A stretch of 63,497 bases of DNA, the filler included, from Chiloscyllium plagiosum (Eukaryota): NCBI RefSeq assembly GCF_004010195.1. It is 4 parts of one record of this genome, joined end to end, with 100 filler letters (N's around TTAATTAATTAA, not from the genome) between each part and the next. Parts side by side here need not be neighbours in the genome. Positions count along the whole stretch, not along the records: positions 1 to 29,968 come from NC_057710.1; 3 more parts are not named here. One strand, given 5' to 3'. The notes beneath the pieces are model-generated. The model ran no database searches. It was not told the origin of the DNA and saw only the letters and a list, made by a program, of their open reading frames with translations. Positions 13,760 to 25,448 of this stretch are shown here, piece by piece. A program made the position numbers and the translations under genes. Every line of letters begins with the position of its first letter. Position 1 is the first letter of the stretch.

Positions 13760-14010
13760 TCATAGCTCATCTTTATCCTATTGATTAGCACCTAATCTGG
13801 GTCCATATCCTATCTTCCCTGCATCATTACAACGCCTTGTGTCTTTTGCTCCATGACACTGTTGATCTCCAATCTCCCTCAATCTGGCCGTACCCACCCA
13901 TCCCCTTCTTGTTAGAAGCTATGACTTTTCATCCTGATGAAGGAGTTTTGCCTGAAACTCTACAGAAGACCGTGCTGAGTTTCTCTAGCACATTGTTTTC
14001 GTTTCAGAGA
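13760..14010 (+). mobile_element. Penelope-type 3' terminus with degenerate hammerhead motif (13934-13958)
   Basis: ctgatga-aggagttttgcct-gaaac followed by gctgagtttctctagca terminus motif. Confidence 0.55.
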
Positions 14011-14249
14011 CTGCTGCCATTGTCTCTCAGCATAAATACTTTATAGCTCCTTCTCAAGAATCCAAGCTAACCTTTGACCTTGAACAATTTAGCCACCCAA
14101 ACCTACAGTCAAACTGAATTCAGAAAAGGTCACATAAACCCTTCCATTTGTCTGAACTTCAAAGCTACAGTACTATATTACAATAAAATTCTGACATATT
14201 CCATAGGCCCTCATGCCACATAAATGCAGATGTGTAGAAACTTGCGACT

Positions 14250-15500
14250 TACTCAGAAGGGATGTATTACTGCAAATGTACAAGGTGCTGGTGAGACCAC
14301 ATCTGGAAAGATATGGAGCCAGTTCAAAGAAAGTTCACGAGGATGATCCTTGGCATGGGGGATTATCCAATGAACAAAGCCTAAACAGGTCGGGGCTTTT
14401 CTCATTGGGAGCTTAGAAGAATGAGAGGTGATCTCATTGAAAGCTATAGGATTCTTAAAGGACTTGACAGGGCAAAAGGTGAGAGGATCTTTCCACGCAT
14501 GAGAAGGTCTAGGACGAGAGGATGTAGTCTCAGAACTAAGGGGTTCCAAGGTCAGACTGAGACGAGGAGGAATTTCTTCTCCCATAGGGTTGAGTGCCAC
14601 AGAGAGATGTGAGGACATCCACCTTAAAGCTGAGGTAGATAGATCTGTGATCTGCAGGGAAATCAAAGGTTCTGTGGAATGAGGTTCTGCACTTTGGTAG
14701 GAAGCATATTTTCTAATAGAGGAATAGCTTCAGAAATCTGAAGCACAATGAGATTTAGCAATCTTAGTTCAGGATTCTCTTAAGGTTAACATGCACGTTC
14801 ATTTGGCAGTTAGGAAGACAAATGAAATATTATCATACATTTCAAAGGAGTGACAATACAAGAGCAATATACCACTTTTAGAATATTGTGAGCAGTTTTG
14901 GGCTGTGTGTCTAAGAAAATATGTGTTGTCATTGGAGAGAGACCAAAGGACATTTCATCTTGATAAGGCTTGTCAAACAAGGATTGGTTGAGGACTCAGG
15001 TTTTGCACTCTATGGAGTTTAGAAAGATGAGGGTGGATCAAATTGAAACTTCCAGAATAGCAAGAGGACTGGGTAGAGTGAACATGAAGAAGATATTTCC
15101 AGCAATAGGAGAGACTATGGCCTGACGGCGCAGCCTCAGAGTGAAGGGATGACCCTTCAAATCTGAGATGAGGAGGAATTTCTTCAGCCAGAAAGTGGTT
15201 AACTTGTGGAACTCATTGCCACAGAACGCAGCAAGTCATTGAATGCATTTAAGACAGAGATAGTTAAGCTTTTGATTAGTAAGGGGATCAAGGGTTTACA
15301 ATAAAAGGCAGGCAAATGAGATTGAGATACATATCAGCCATGATCGAATGGCAGAGCAGAGTCAATGAGCCAAACAACTTAATTCTATTCCTACATCTTA
15401 TGGTCCTTTGCGAAATGGCTGAATGTGGATGTGAGGAATGTCAAAAATGCCAGGATTCTGAGTGGTGGAGCAGTCTCAAAGGGCTGAACAGTCTACTCTT
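14250..15500 (+). mobile_element. Two tandem decayed CR1 3' fragments
   Basis: LLQMYKVLVRPHLE and MRGDLIESYRILKGLDR...RRNFFS motifs; a second copy from about 14690 repeats them. Confidence 0.8.
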
Positions 15501-15510
15501 GTTCCTATTT

Positions 15511-16375
15511 AGAGTCATAGAGTCATAGAGATGTACAGTACGGAAACAGACACTTCAATCCAACTTGTTCATGCCGACCAGATATCCCAACCCAATCTCG
15601 TCCCACCTGCCAGCACCTGGCCCATATCCCTCCAAATCCTTCCTATTCATATACCCATCCAGATGCCTTTTAAATGTTGCAATTGTACCAGCCTCCACCA
15701 CTTCCTCTGGAAGCTCATTCCATACATGTACCACCCTCTACGTGAAAAAGTTGCCCCTTAAGTCTCTTTTATATCTTTCCCCTCTCAACCTAAACCTATG
15801 TCCTCTAGTTCTGGACTCATCCACCCCAGTGAAAAGACGTTGTCTATTTATCCTATCCATGCCCTCCATGATTTTATAAACCTCTATAAGGTCACCCCTC
15901 AGTCTCTGATGCTCCAGGGAAAATAGCCCTAGCCTATTCAACCTCTCCCTATAGCTCAAATCCTCCAACCCTGGCAAAATCCTTGTAAATCCTTTCTGAA
16001 CCCTTTCAAGTTTCACAGTATCTTTCCGATAGGAAGGAGACCAGAATTGCACACAATATTCCAACAGTGGCCTAACCAATGTCCTGTACAGCTGCAACAT
16101 GACCTCCTAACACCTATACTCAATACTCTGACCAATAAAGGAAAGTTTACCAAACACTTTCTACACTATCCTAGGTGAAGGGGTAAATGTAGCGGAATGG
16201 GTTTGGGTGGGTTGTGCTTCAGCGGGTCGGTGTGGACTTGTTGGGCTGAAGGGCCTGCTTCCACACTGTAAGTAAGTAAGCAATCTAATCTATCCACCTG
16301 TGACTCCACTTTCAGAAGCAATGAACCTACACTCCAAGGTCTCTTTGTTCAGCAACACTCCCTTGGATCTTACCT
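15511..16375 (-). mobile_element. Relatively young CR1/HER1 3' end with (gagtcata)n tail, interrupted by a SINE tail at about 16173-16292
   Basis: ORF 15738-16100(-): LQLYRTLVRPLLEYCVQFWSP...LRGDLIEVYKIM...TRGHRFR; 8-bp tail repeat at 15511-15530. Confidence 0.9.
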
Positions 16376-18029
16376 CTTATGGTCTTGTGCTCTCTTCTTA
16401 TCATATAAATGTAGCAGATCTGAAATGCTTCAAAGAATTTTAACATTGGAAGGTATCAAAATTAGAAATGATGCAATAAGAATTCCCATCCTGTTTTGTT
16501 CTTTCTCAAAATCCTTTTTTCATTCCCTTGCCTGAAACTGGTACTTGCTTGGCCAAATTTTCATTGGCTTTCGCAAATCTTAAATAATCCTCTGAGAGAA
16601 TGTTGTGCAAGGTCTGATCTTACCAGCTCCTCTCAACGAGGTATTCAGGGGCACTCAGCTCTGTTTATAATTCAAACATCACCCTTAATATAGCACACGC
16701 ATAAAGGATAAAGGAATGTGTTGCTAATTAAGGTTACATGCATGGTGTTCATTTTTCTATCCTTTAACCATGGACAAATTAGAAAAATGGAGATACTTAG
16801 CAACAAATTTCCTCAAAATTTCCTCTCCTCCTGTCTTCTCTGCCAAATCATATCAAAACAGGGTGGAAATTCCATTTAGACTCAAAAGTAAATCGATTTA
16901 AGGCAAAAGGAGGAAAGTTTAAAGGAAATGTGAGAGGCAATTTTGTTTTACTCAGAGGTTAGTAAGTACATGATATATGCTGCTAAAAGAGGTGGTAGAA
17001 ATAGATACAATAGCAATGTTTAAGAGGCGATCTGAACAGATATACGAAGAGACAGAGAATAGAGCGATGCAGACCACATAGAGCCACAAAGAGTTTAGTT
17101 TGGAAAGGCATCATGTGTTGGCACTGACGTGGTGGGCTGGAGAATGCACCAATTAATGATGACTGACAGTTAACTGCCAAATTCATGCATGTGTCTCTTG
17201 TGCTGCCCTGTTCCTTGTTCTTTGTAATGGATGAAAGTGAATGTTCCAGAGGTAGAAAGAATCAGAGCAGAACCTCTGGAAACAGATTCCATTCTTTGAG
17301 TAAATGCAGAAGTTAAAAAAGGTCTAAAACCTCATGAGAATTTCACAAGTTTTCTGTGGAAATTTCCAAATTGTTGAGAACAACTGTTATTCTGACCTTT
17401 TCCGAAGCAAGAGTTCTGTGAATTTTCCAAGACAAATAAAGAGGGGACAAGTGGAAGGCCTCACACTAGGAATAACAGATTGTCTAACTTGGGAAATCCC
17501 TCAGGAAAACCTTGTCAGACCTCTTGGAATTAATCCTATATGGAGTATAATACTAGTCCTCTTTAAGATGCATTTAAGAGTTGGGGCGTGCTCTGGAACA
17601 AGAAATAAATCAACAAAATAATTTGGTAGTACAGAACCTGACTATTGCTGATAAAAGGTACATTTTGTTGAAGGTTTTCATCGTTTATTCATCAGAATAA
17701 TTTGCAAGAATACCAATATAAAAATAAATCAACATTTATATTGTATGGAAGAAGGGTACTAATTGATTAATGAGTGGACTCTAATTGGAAGAGATATGGA
17801 AAAAGCACCAAATAACGATGACTGACAGTTAACTGCCAAATTCATTTCAACCATGGCTCACATGCATGTGTCTACTTGTGTTTTAAATAGCATTTAGACC
17901 TCAGAACTGATCGTGTATCGTTGTTGGAACTTGGCTGGAGTTACTTGTCTAACTGTCGACTAGTAATTGACATTTCTGCACTGGGAAAAAAATCCAACTG
18001 TCCATTATATTCATGCTTCGCTATTTTGT

Positions 18030-20650
18030 AAATTTTCATCAGTTTTCCCCTCAGCTTCCAACAGTTAAGTGAAAACAAACAAGTTTGTACATAATCTTCT
18101 CATAGCTAATACTCTCCAAACCAGGCAATATTCTTCTGGTAGTGTGGTGACCAGAAGATATTCCAATTGTAGTCTGACTAAGTTGCAACATGTTTATACT
18201 CAATAAAGGCAAAATGCTAAAATCTTTCCTGACACTTTATCCACTTGTGTCGCCACTTTTAGGCAACTGTGGACTTGTGGGCCTAGATCCCACTATATGT
18301 CAATAATTCTAAGCATTCTGCCATTTACTGTATACTTCCCTTCTGCATTGGACCTTCCAAAATGCATCACCTTGCATTTGCCCAGATTCAATTCCATCTG
18401 CCATTTCTCCAGCTGATTTATATCCTGCTGTACTCTCTGGCAATCCTCCTCATTATCCATAGCTCCCTTAATCCTTGTGTCATTCACAAACTTACTAATC
18501 AGGTCACTTGTATTGTCCTCCAAATCATTTTTATACATTACAAACAACAGAGGTGCCAACAATGCTCCCTGCAGAACATCACTGGTCATAATAATGCCAA
18601 ACATAACTGAACCCCGAACATGTGGAAATAAGAAAGCAGCAAAAGTGCTTATAGATAATGAGATCATTTTTAAATTTGAAATTCAAAACAAACAAGTCAA
18701 TGACAATTTCAAATCATAAATACCATTTTACTATGGTTTGTCCTACCTTTCACCCTGTGCTACTCTAATGGTTGAGAGGTAACATTCTCTATGGCCTTTG
18801 CTTATGATACTGCACTTCTTACAAGTGGTGCCATAGATGCCCACAGCATGAAAACAAGACCTTCAGCCCAACTTGCCCATGTTGCCCATTTTTCACAATT
18901 ACTTGCCTTTGGTCCATATCCCTCCATACCTATCCCATCCATGCACCTGTCCAATTCTTTCTTAAATGATGAAATTGAACTCGTTTACACCATTACCTCT
19001 GGCAGCCCGTTTCAGATACTCACCACCCTCTGTGTGAAACATTTGCCCCTCTGGACGCTTTTGTATTTCTCTCTTCTCACCTTAAACCTATGCCCTGTAG
19101 TTTTAGACTCCCGTACCAGGGAGATAAGCTTATCGACACCTTTCATGATTTTATAGACTTCTTCAAGGTCACCCTTTAGTCTCCTACACTCCGGGGAAAA
19201 TAGCCACAGCCTATCTAACTTCTGCTTATAACTCAAACCTTCCAGTCAAGGTAGCATCCTACTAATATTTTTACTGCACTCTTTCTAGTTTAATCATATC
19301 ATTTCTGTTATAGGGTGACCAGAACTGCACACAATACTTCAAGTGTAGCCTCACCAACATCTTGTACAGCTGCAACAAGATGCACCATGTCCTATACTCA
19401 ATGGTCTGACTGATGAAAACATTCTTTACCATCCTGTCTACCTGTGACTCCACTTTCAAGGAGCTATGAACTTGTACCCTTACATCTCTTTGCTCTATAA
19501 CACTCCCCAGGGCCCTACTATTTTCTGTGTAAGTCATACCCTGGTCTGTTTTACATATTTTGCATTTATCTGAATTAAACTTCATCTGCCATTCCTCAAC
19601 CCAGTTGATCAAGATCTCATGGCATTCCCAAATGACCTTCTTCACTGTCCATTACACCACCCGATGTTGATGTCGTCCACAAACTTACTAACCATACCTT
19701 CTAAATTCTCATCAAAATCATTTATATAAATAACGAACAACACAGGACTTGCACCAAACCCTGTGGCACACTGCTGGTCACAGGCCTCCAGCCTGAAAAA
19801 CAACCCTCTAGCACCACCCTCTGTCTCCTACTACCAAGTCAATTTTGTATCCAATTGACTAGCTCCCCGGATCCTGTGAGATTTGATCTTACTCATCAAT
19901 TCACCGTGCAGTACCTTGTCGAAGGCCTTGCTATACTCCATATCAACAATGTATACCGCACTGCCTTCATCTAATTTCTTAGTCACCTCTTCAAAAATCT
20001 CAACCAAATTCCTGAGACATGATTTCCCATGCACAAAGCCATACTGACTATCCTAAATGAGTCTTTGCCTCTCCAAATGCCAGTAGATCCTGTCTCTCAG
20101 AATCCCGTAACAACTTTCCCACCATGGATGTTAGGCTCATCGGTCTTTAGTTTCCAAGCATTTGCCAGCAGCCTTTCTCAAATAATGGCACAACATTAGC
20201 CACCCTCCAATCTTTGGGCACTCCATCTATGGCTGTCGATGATATAAACCTCTCTGTTCGGGCCCCTGCAATTTCCTTTTTAGTGTCCCACAAAGTCCTG
20301 GGATACACTTCATCAGGTCCCAGGGATTTATCTACCTTAATGCTTTTTAAGACTTCCAGCATTGGAAAGTGGACTCTCTTTAAGACTTCACTATTTATTT
20401 CCCAGAGTCTGGAGCATCCATACTGACGAGAAATATTTATTTAGAATCTCATCCATCTCTTGTGGCTCCACATGTAGATGACCTTGTTGATTTTTAAGAG
20501 ACCCCATTCTCTCCCTAGTTGCCTTTTGTTCTTCACATACTTGCAGAATCTCTTTCGATTCTCTTTTGCCTTATTAGCCAAAGCCATCTTGTGTCCTCTT
20601 TTAGCCTTCCTGGTTTCACGCTTAAGTGTACTCCGACACCCTCTAGATAC
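18030..20650 (-). mobile_element. CR1 LINE fragments (about 18030-18590 and 18830-20650), RT domain, frameshifted
   Basis: ORF-track peptides: KSCLRNL..F, YSKAFDKV, WRVANVVPLF, WQMKFN, LVRLHLKYCVQFWSP. Confidence 0.88.
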
Positions 20651-22057
20651 TCCTCAAGAAATTCAGCACAAGGTCCTCCCCCACAGGCTCCACTCTGAGA
20701 CTCTGATTCCCAGTAAGAAGGCCTCACAGACCTGACAGCTTTAGTTTTAAATCCTACCTTAATCGCCCAATCAGCTGCTTCTTCTTGCCCAGCCCCACTG
20801 CTTGAACATTGCCTCGAGTGCTCTGTGAAGGTTCAGTGAAGGGTCGCTCTGCACCTCTCCTGCTTCTTCTCTGGCTGAGCTTGATGTGGGGATCAACCTT
20901 CAGGATTTTACCAGGAAGCTCCACTGCCACCACTGACCCGCAGGTTCACTCTGCTTCTCTGCTGCTCTGACTGTAACTGGATTTTTGATTCTCTGCCCAA
21001 AATACAGTGTCTCTAGCCTCACTCTGGCTGTATATCTCTTCCATTCTCCTCTCTTGTTCAGGTGTCAGAAATGCTGAGACAGTTGGTTGCTGGACAAGGT
21101 TGTTTGTGCTTGCCTTCCTGGAATACGTTGCGTTGGGAATGGTAGTCCAGTCCTTTCTCTCTCGGTCTTACATGAAAATTCAGCAATGTGATGTTTAAAT
21201 CTTGGCTTAATTTTCCATTGGCCATTTCAGTTGTTATTCTAACGCAGGTGAGATTTGCACATCAAACCCCTGCAGAATCCTCATCATAGCAGACTTCAAA
21301 GAAATTGCCCTCGAGATTAAAGATTTCACTGGACAATTTCTCCCCACCTGGAACCTTCTGAAAATCCCCCATCAAAATTGGAGAATTCAGAGACATCTAA
21401 CTAAAGTATGGAAAATAGTTACTCAAAAACTAGCAAGCCTATTAAATACATAGTCCAAGTTGAGAATGTGACGCTGGAAAAGCACAGCAGGTCAGACAGC
21501 AGGAGAATCAACGTTTTGGACATAAGCCATTCACCAGGGAGGACCTTTCGTAAGCCCTTTACCACTTTTCTTAACGAAAAAAACCAAAGAACTGCAGATG
21601 CTGGTTCCATACTTACCTTACACACCCCAGTAACACTTTCCCTCGAGCTCTTGCATTTCCCAGAATCTGATCTGTCATTCCCTCAGCACCTGAACTGTCA
21701 CCCTGCTGTCGAACCAAATCCAATACCCCATCCCCTCATACCTTCACACATCTGAGTGGTCATGACCCCACATTCTCATCATCAAGCCAGGGCTGATGTG
21801 ACACCATCCAACAGTTGCTCGGCACTTGGTCATAGGCTTGATAGCTCATACCAAATATTCTGCTAGATTATTTGTCACCTTGTATTCCTTACTCAATGTA
21901 AGATGGGTCACTCCCCACTGTTCATTCATGATTTGGAATAATTTTCCAGTGAACTATAGTCTGTTGTCAGGCACTATCCATTCTGGTAAACTGATTAAGC
22001 TGAAAATAATTGTGTGAGAAATAGCAAGCATTTGTTTTGTTGCAAATTTGTCAATTA

Positions 22058-22232
22058 CAGAGTAAGCTCGATTATCTGAACGCCTTAGGCGGGAGTATTT
22101 TGTTCGGATAATTGAATATTCGGATAATCAAATGCCGGTTAACACAGTTTAGCCAAGCATCAACACCTTGCGATCTTGTTCAGATAATCCAAAATTCGGA
22201 TAATCGAATGCTGGATTATTGAGGTTTGTCTG
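22058..22232. mobile_element. Tigger/pogo-like MITE
   Basis: TA flanks (22056-57, 22233-34); imperfect TIRs cagagtaagctcgattatc / gattattgaggtttgtctg; repeated internal ttcggataat motifs. Confidence 0.75.
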
Positions 22233-22279
22233 TAATGGGAATCACCCAAAAAGGGAATCAAACACTTCTGATGTATAGC

Positions 22280-23865
22280 CTCCTTCTGCGATTGATGCTA
22301 ATATGTTTGACATAGCTGATATGTATTTAAGATTGTTGAATATGCTGATTCATGTCTAGCCAGTACACAGATTTGTGTGCTAGGACCCAATGTCAATGTC
22401 TCCCTGGTGTAACTTTGGCATGATATATTGGCAGAATGCTTTTTGGTGTTAGGACATGTTTGGAAAAATGACGATGTGATATATGAATTCATCTCTATAT
22501 GACCAAATGGAAAGATCTTCTTGGATACTTCTTTAATGCTATCTGAAAATCCCTAGATTATAGTCTTTAGCAATTCTTGTGGTTTATCATCTTCAGTAGT
22601 TGCTAATTGCCAAGACCTACCTTAAGGATGTCTTCAATTCTAGCTAATTCAATTGTATCATGCCTGGTCTGGTCACAACAGTGAATGAGATTTGAATTTC
22701 ATGTATTGTGGTTTTACCAAAATGTTTGCACCCTGATTGTCCTACCTTTGCTGAACCATATGATCTACCAGGTTTTTGAACGTCTAGACGAATGTGCATA
22801 TTACGCCAATGCTTGGAAATGGTTATCCAGTATATGCTGTGAGATGGTCTCCTGTAATTTGTACCTTGGAGTTCCACTAGGCGGAGTACGTGTCTTTTGG
22901 GATGCACAGTGATAATACATTGGCCCTGGCTCTAATATTGATTTTAGCTTTTAACGTGTGCTGTCAGTATTCTAAGGATTTATGATGTCAATGCTTGTAA
23001 AAACTTCCCCTTGCCTTATACCATCAACATTAATATGGAAAGCTTGGTCATTTTCCAAAATTTGCTTTAGCTGGGTTGACTTTTCATTTTGTCAATACAT
23101 TTATATTTGAGCATGTGCTTATTAGTTCCCTTGCTGACAGTGTAATGATGTTGTGTCATTCTGTTGGTCACCTGCTGATTTGTTCATTGCAAATTTGCTG
23201 GTCTGCTCATTGCCCTTTGTTGTCACAAGCTTTGCTAATGTGAAGAAATGTTGGACATCATTTGTTTCATTGCAACAAAACATTATTTTCCGGTTCTTGT
23301 CAGTCTTGTGTACTTTGTTGATTGTAGCAACGGTGTTGGATGCACCTCCAGTACATATTTGTTGTTGACCTGCCACAATGGCTTCTTGATGTGTCCAGCT
23401 TCAGGCAAGGCATCAATAGGGTGGCCTTTTAAGATCCTTCCTGAAGATCTTAATTAGTGTAGAGACAATTAATAATTCACTGAGTTGCTTGGAGATTTCT
23501 TCTTTAGAGAAATCACAATTATACATTTTACTCTGACATTTGTAACAAACTTCTCAATGTACTCTTGAGGTTTCTATTTGTATGACATGAGTTGGAGTCA
23601 GTTAATCCTGAAGTTAAGATGTACCTTCAGCTGTTCTTTATGTATTTTCCAGATGTTTTCTGAATCTTTCTTACCATCTATGGAAAGACTGATGTATCAA
23701 TTTTACAAACCCCAACTGCTGAAAAGAAGTAAGATTTTCAAGATATCTGCTGAGGATCACTTATTGTTTGAATACAAAATAAAACTGCATACAGTGCTTG
23801 AATAGTTGTAATTCTGTAAAGATACCATTTACTGTACAGTCCATAAGTAACTATTTGCCTTCCAT
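22280..23865 (-). mobile_element. Decayed Gypsy LTR-retrotransposon internal region: gag, aspartic protease, then pre-integrase/integrase Zn-binding segment
   Basis: Reverse-strand reading: gag-like ...ENIWKIHKEQLKVHLNFRI...CDFSKEE; protease-like LKAKINIRARANVL (decayed KIDTGA); ...FWSYRDE...LHQG...YWLDMNQHI...LCQ. Many stops and frameshifts. Confidence 0.7.
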
Positions 23866-25261
23866 TTCCCATTGAAGGTTTGTACTTTATTTTGTTTAAT
23901 TGAAGGAGAGTCCAGAATTTATTTCTTTGTTTCTCTTATGTGTTTAGCTCTGATACTTTCTTAAAAATTATCCGTTTCCGTTTCACTTTGTTTTCTATTG
24001 TGGCAGCATTTTTACAGAATTTTAATCACTTCCAGCCTATTTCTTTAAAGAATACAAACATATAGTTTCAAATTTTAGCACAAGCTAGAATTGCCATCAA
24101 ATAAGGTTTGATGACATTGTGCATTCTTCTGCCTGTTCTGATGTTGAGTTGGAGAGAGAAAACAGTGAAACCCACTGATCTTTGCACACAGGTAAGCTGC
24201 CTTTGTTCAGAAAAGAGCTTTTTAATATTATAGAAACTATTAGTTCAAATTGGATGGCTCTGTATTTAAGCCTTGACAGTAGCCTTGACTGGTGTTGTTT
24301 TAAACTTTTAATCTGTAGGAAATCTTTTTACTATCTTTATTTTGGCTTTTAAGTAGGAAATCAAGCTGTCAATATTTTTCTTAAATAAAGAGAGGCAAGG
24401 AAACTAACTTTATAGAATCAGTATTTTAAGCAGAATGCATTCTGGCTAATTAATTTTCAGGTCTGCACTCACTTTAAATTGGTGCAGTGACAGGATTTCA
24501 AGTGTCTGCCTTTAGGAACTCCTATTCTCATCATTTTTCTGGCACCGTGATTTGCCACCATGTTGTCCGCCTCTGCCTCCAGCAAGTTATTTGTATCTGA
24601 TGGGGCAATATGTTACAATACCACCATCTTTCTTTAAGTGGCCCAGTTAAGGTAGGTTCTGAGACCTTTGTACATTCAGGTCACAATGATATTATGACTG
24701 TGTCTCTTAAAAAATGTACTATATACTCAAATGACACAACACACAGTATCCAATTTTTCTGATGGTACTAAGACAAATGATGCTGTTGGTAATGTGGACA
24801 GATGCAGAATTATGTAAAGGACCATTTCTAGACCACCTAGGTAAAACTGAGCTAGATGGAGTTCAATGTGGGGCAAGCAATGCTAGCCACTTTGGAGCTA
24901 AGAAAGATTCATCTGAATAAAAAATGTTCAGAAGCTTAGAGCTGATAGTCAAAAAAAACCTACCTAAATATCAATTTTAATTTCAATTAGACTGGAATAA
25001 AAATAGATTGGAATCTTTGCTCTAAAGAGCTCTGGTCTGGAAGACATTGGAGGATAGAGGATACTGAGCCTCTGATGGTACATTGATAGATAGCAAGGAA
25101 TGATTTCTTCTTGTGAGGGAATCTACAACAATTGTAATATTTTAAAATTAGAGTTAAACTGTTCAAGATATCAGGAAATACTTCATCAAATAAACAAAAC
25201 TAGAAATCACTATCCCATTTGAAAAAGCTGTTTTTGACTACATTAATTGAAAAGTTTTATA

Positions 25262-25448
25262 TTGTGAGTTTTGAGAAGATTTGTAGCTCAGGTTGAGGTT
25301 CTGGATGTAGGTTTGCTCGCTGAGCTGGAAGGTTCATTTCCAGACGTTTCATCACCATACTAGGTAATATCTTCAGTGGGCCTCCTAGTGAAACACTGAT
25401 GACGATTCCTGCTTTCTATTTATATGTTTGAGTTTCTTTGGGTTAGTG
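25262..25448 (-). mobile_element. Penelope-like element terminal fragment containing a minimal hammerhead ribozyme motif
   Basis: gagaagatttgtagctcaggttgagg...gctggaaggttcatttccagacgtttc; see the ribozyme feature at 25340-25379. Confidence 0.7.
25340..25379 (-). ncRNA. Predicted minimal type I hammerhead ribozyme
   Basis: Reverse strand: CCA CUGAAGA u AUUACC uaguau GGUGAU GAAAC GUC UGG: stem I CCA/UGG, 6-bp stem II, palindromic ACGU stem III, GUC cleavage triplet. Confidence 0.65.
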
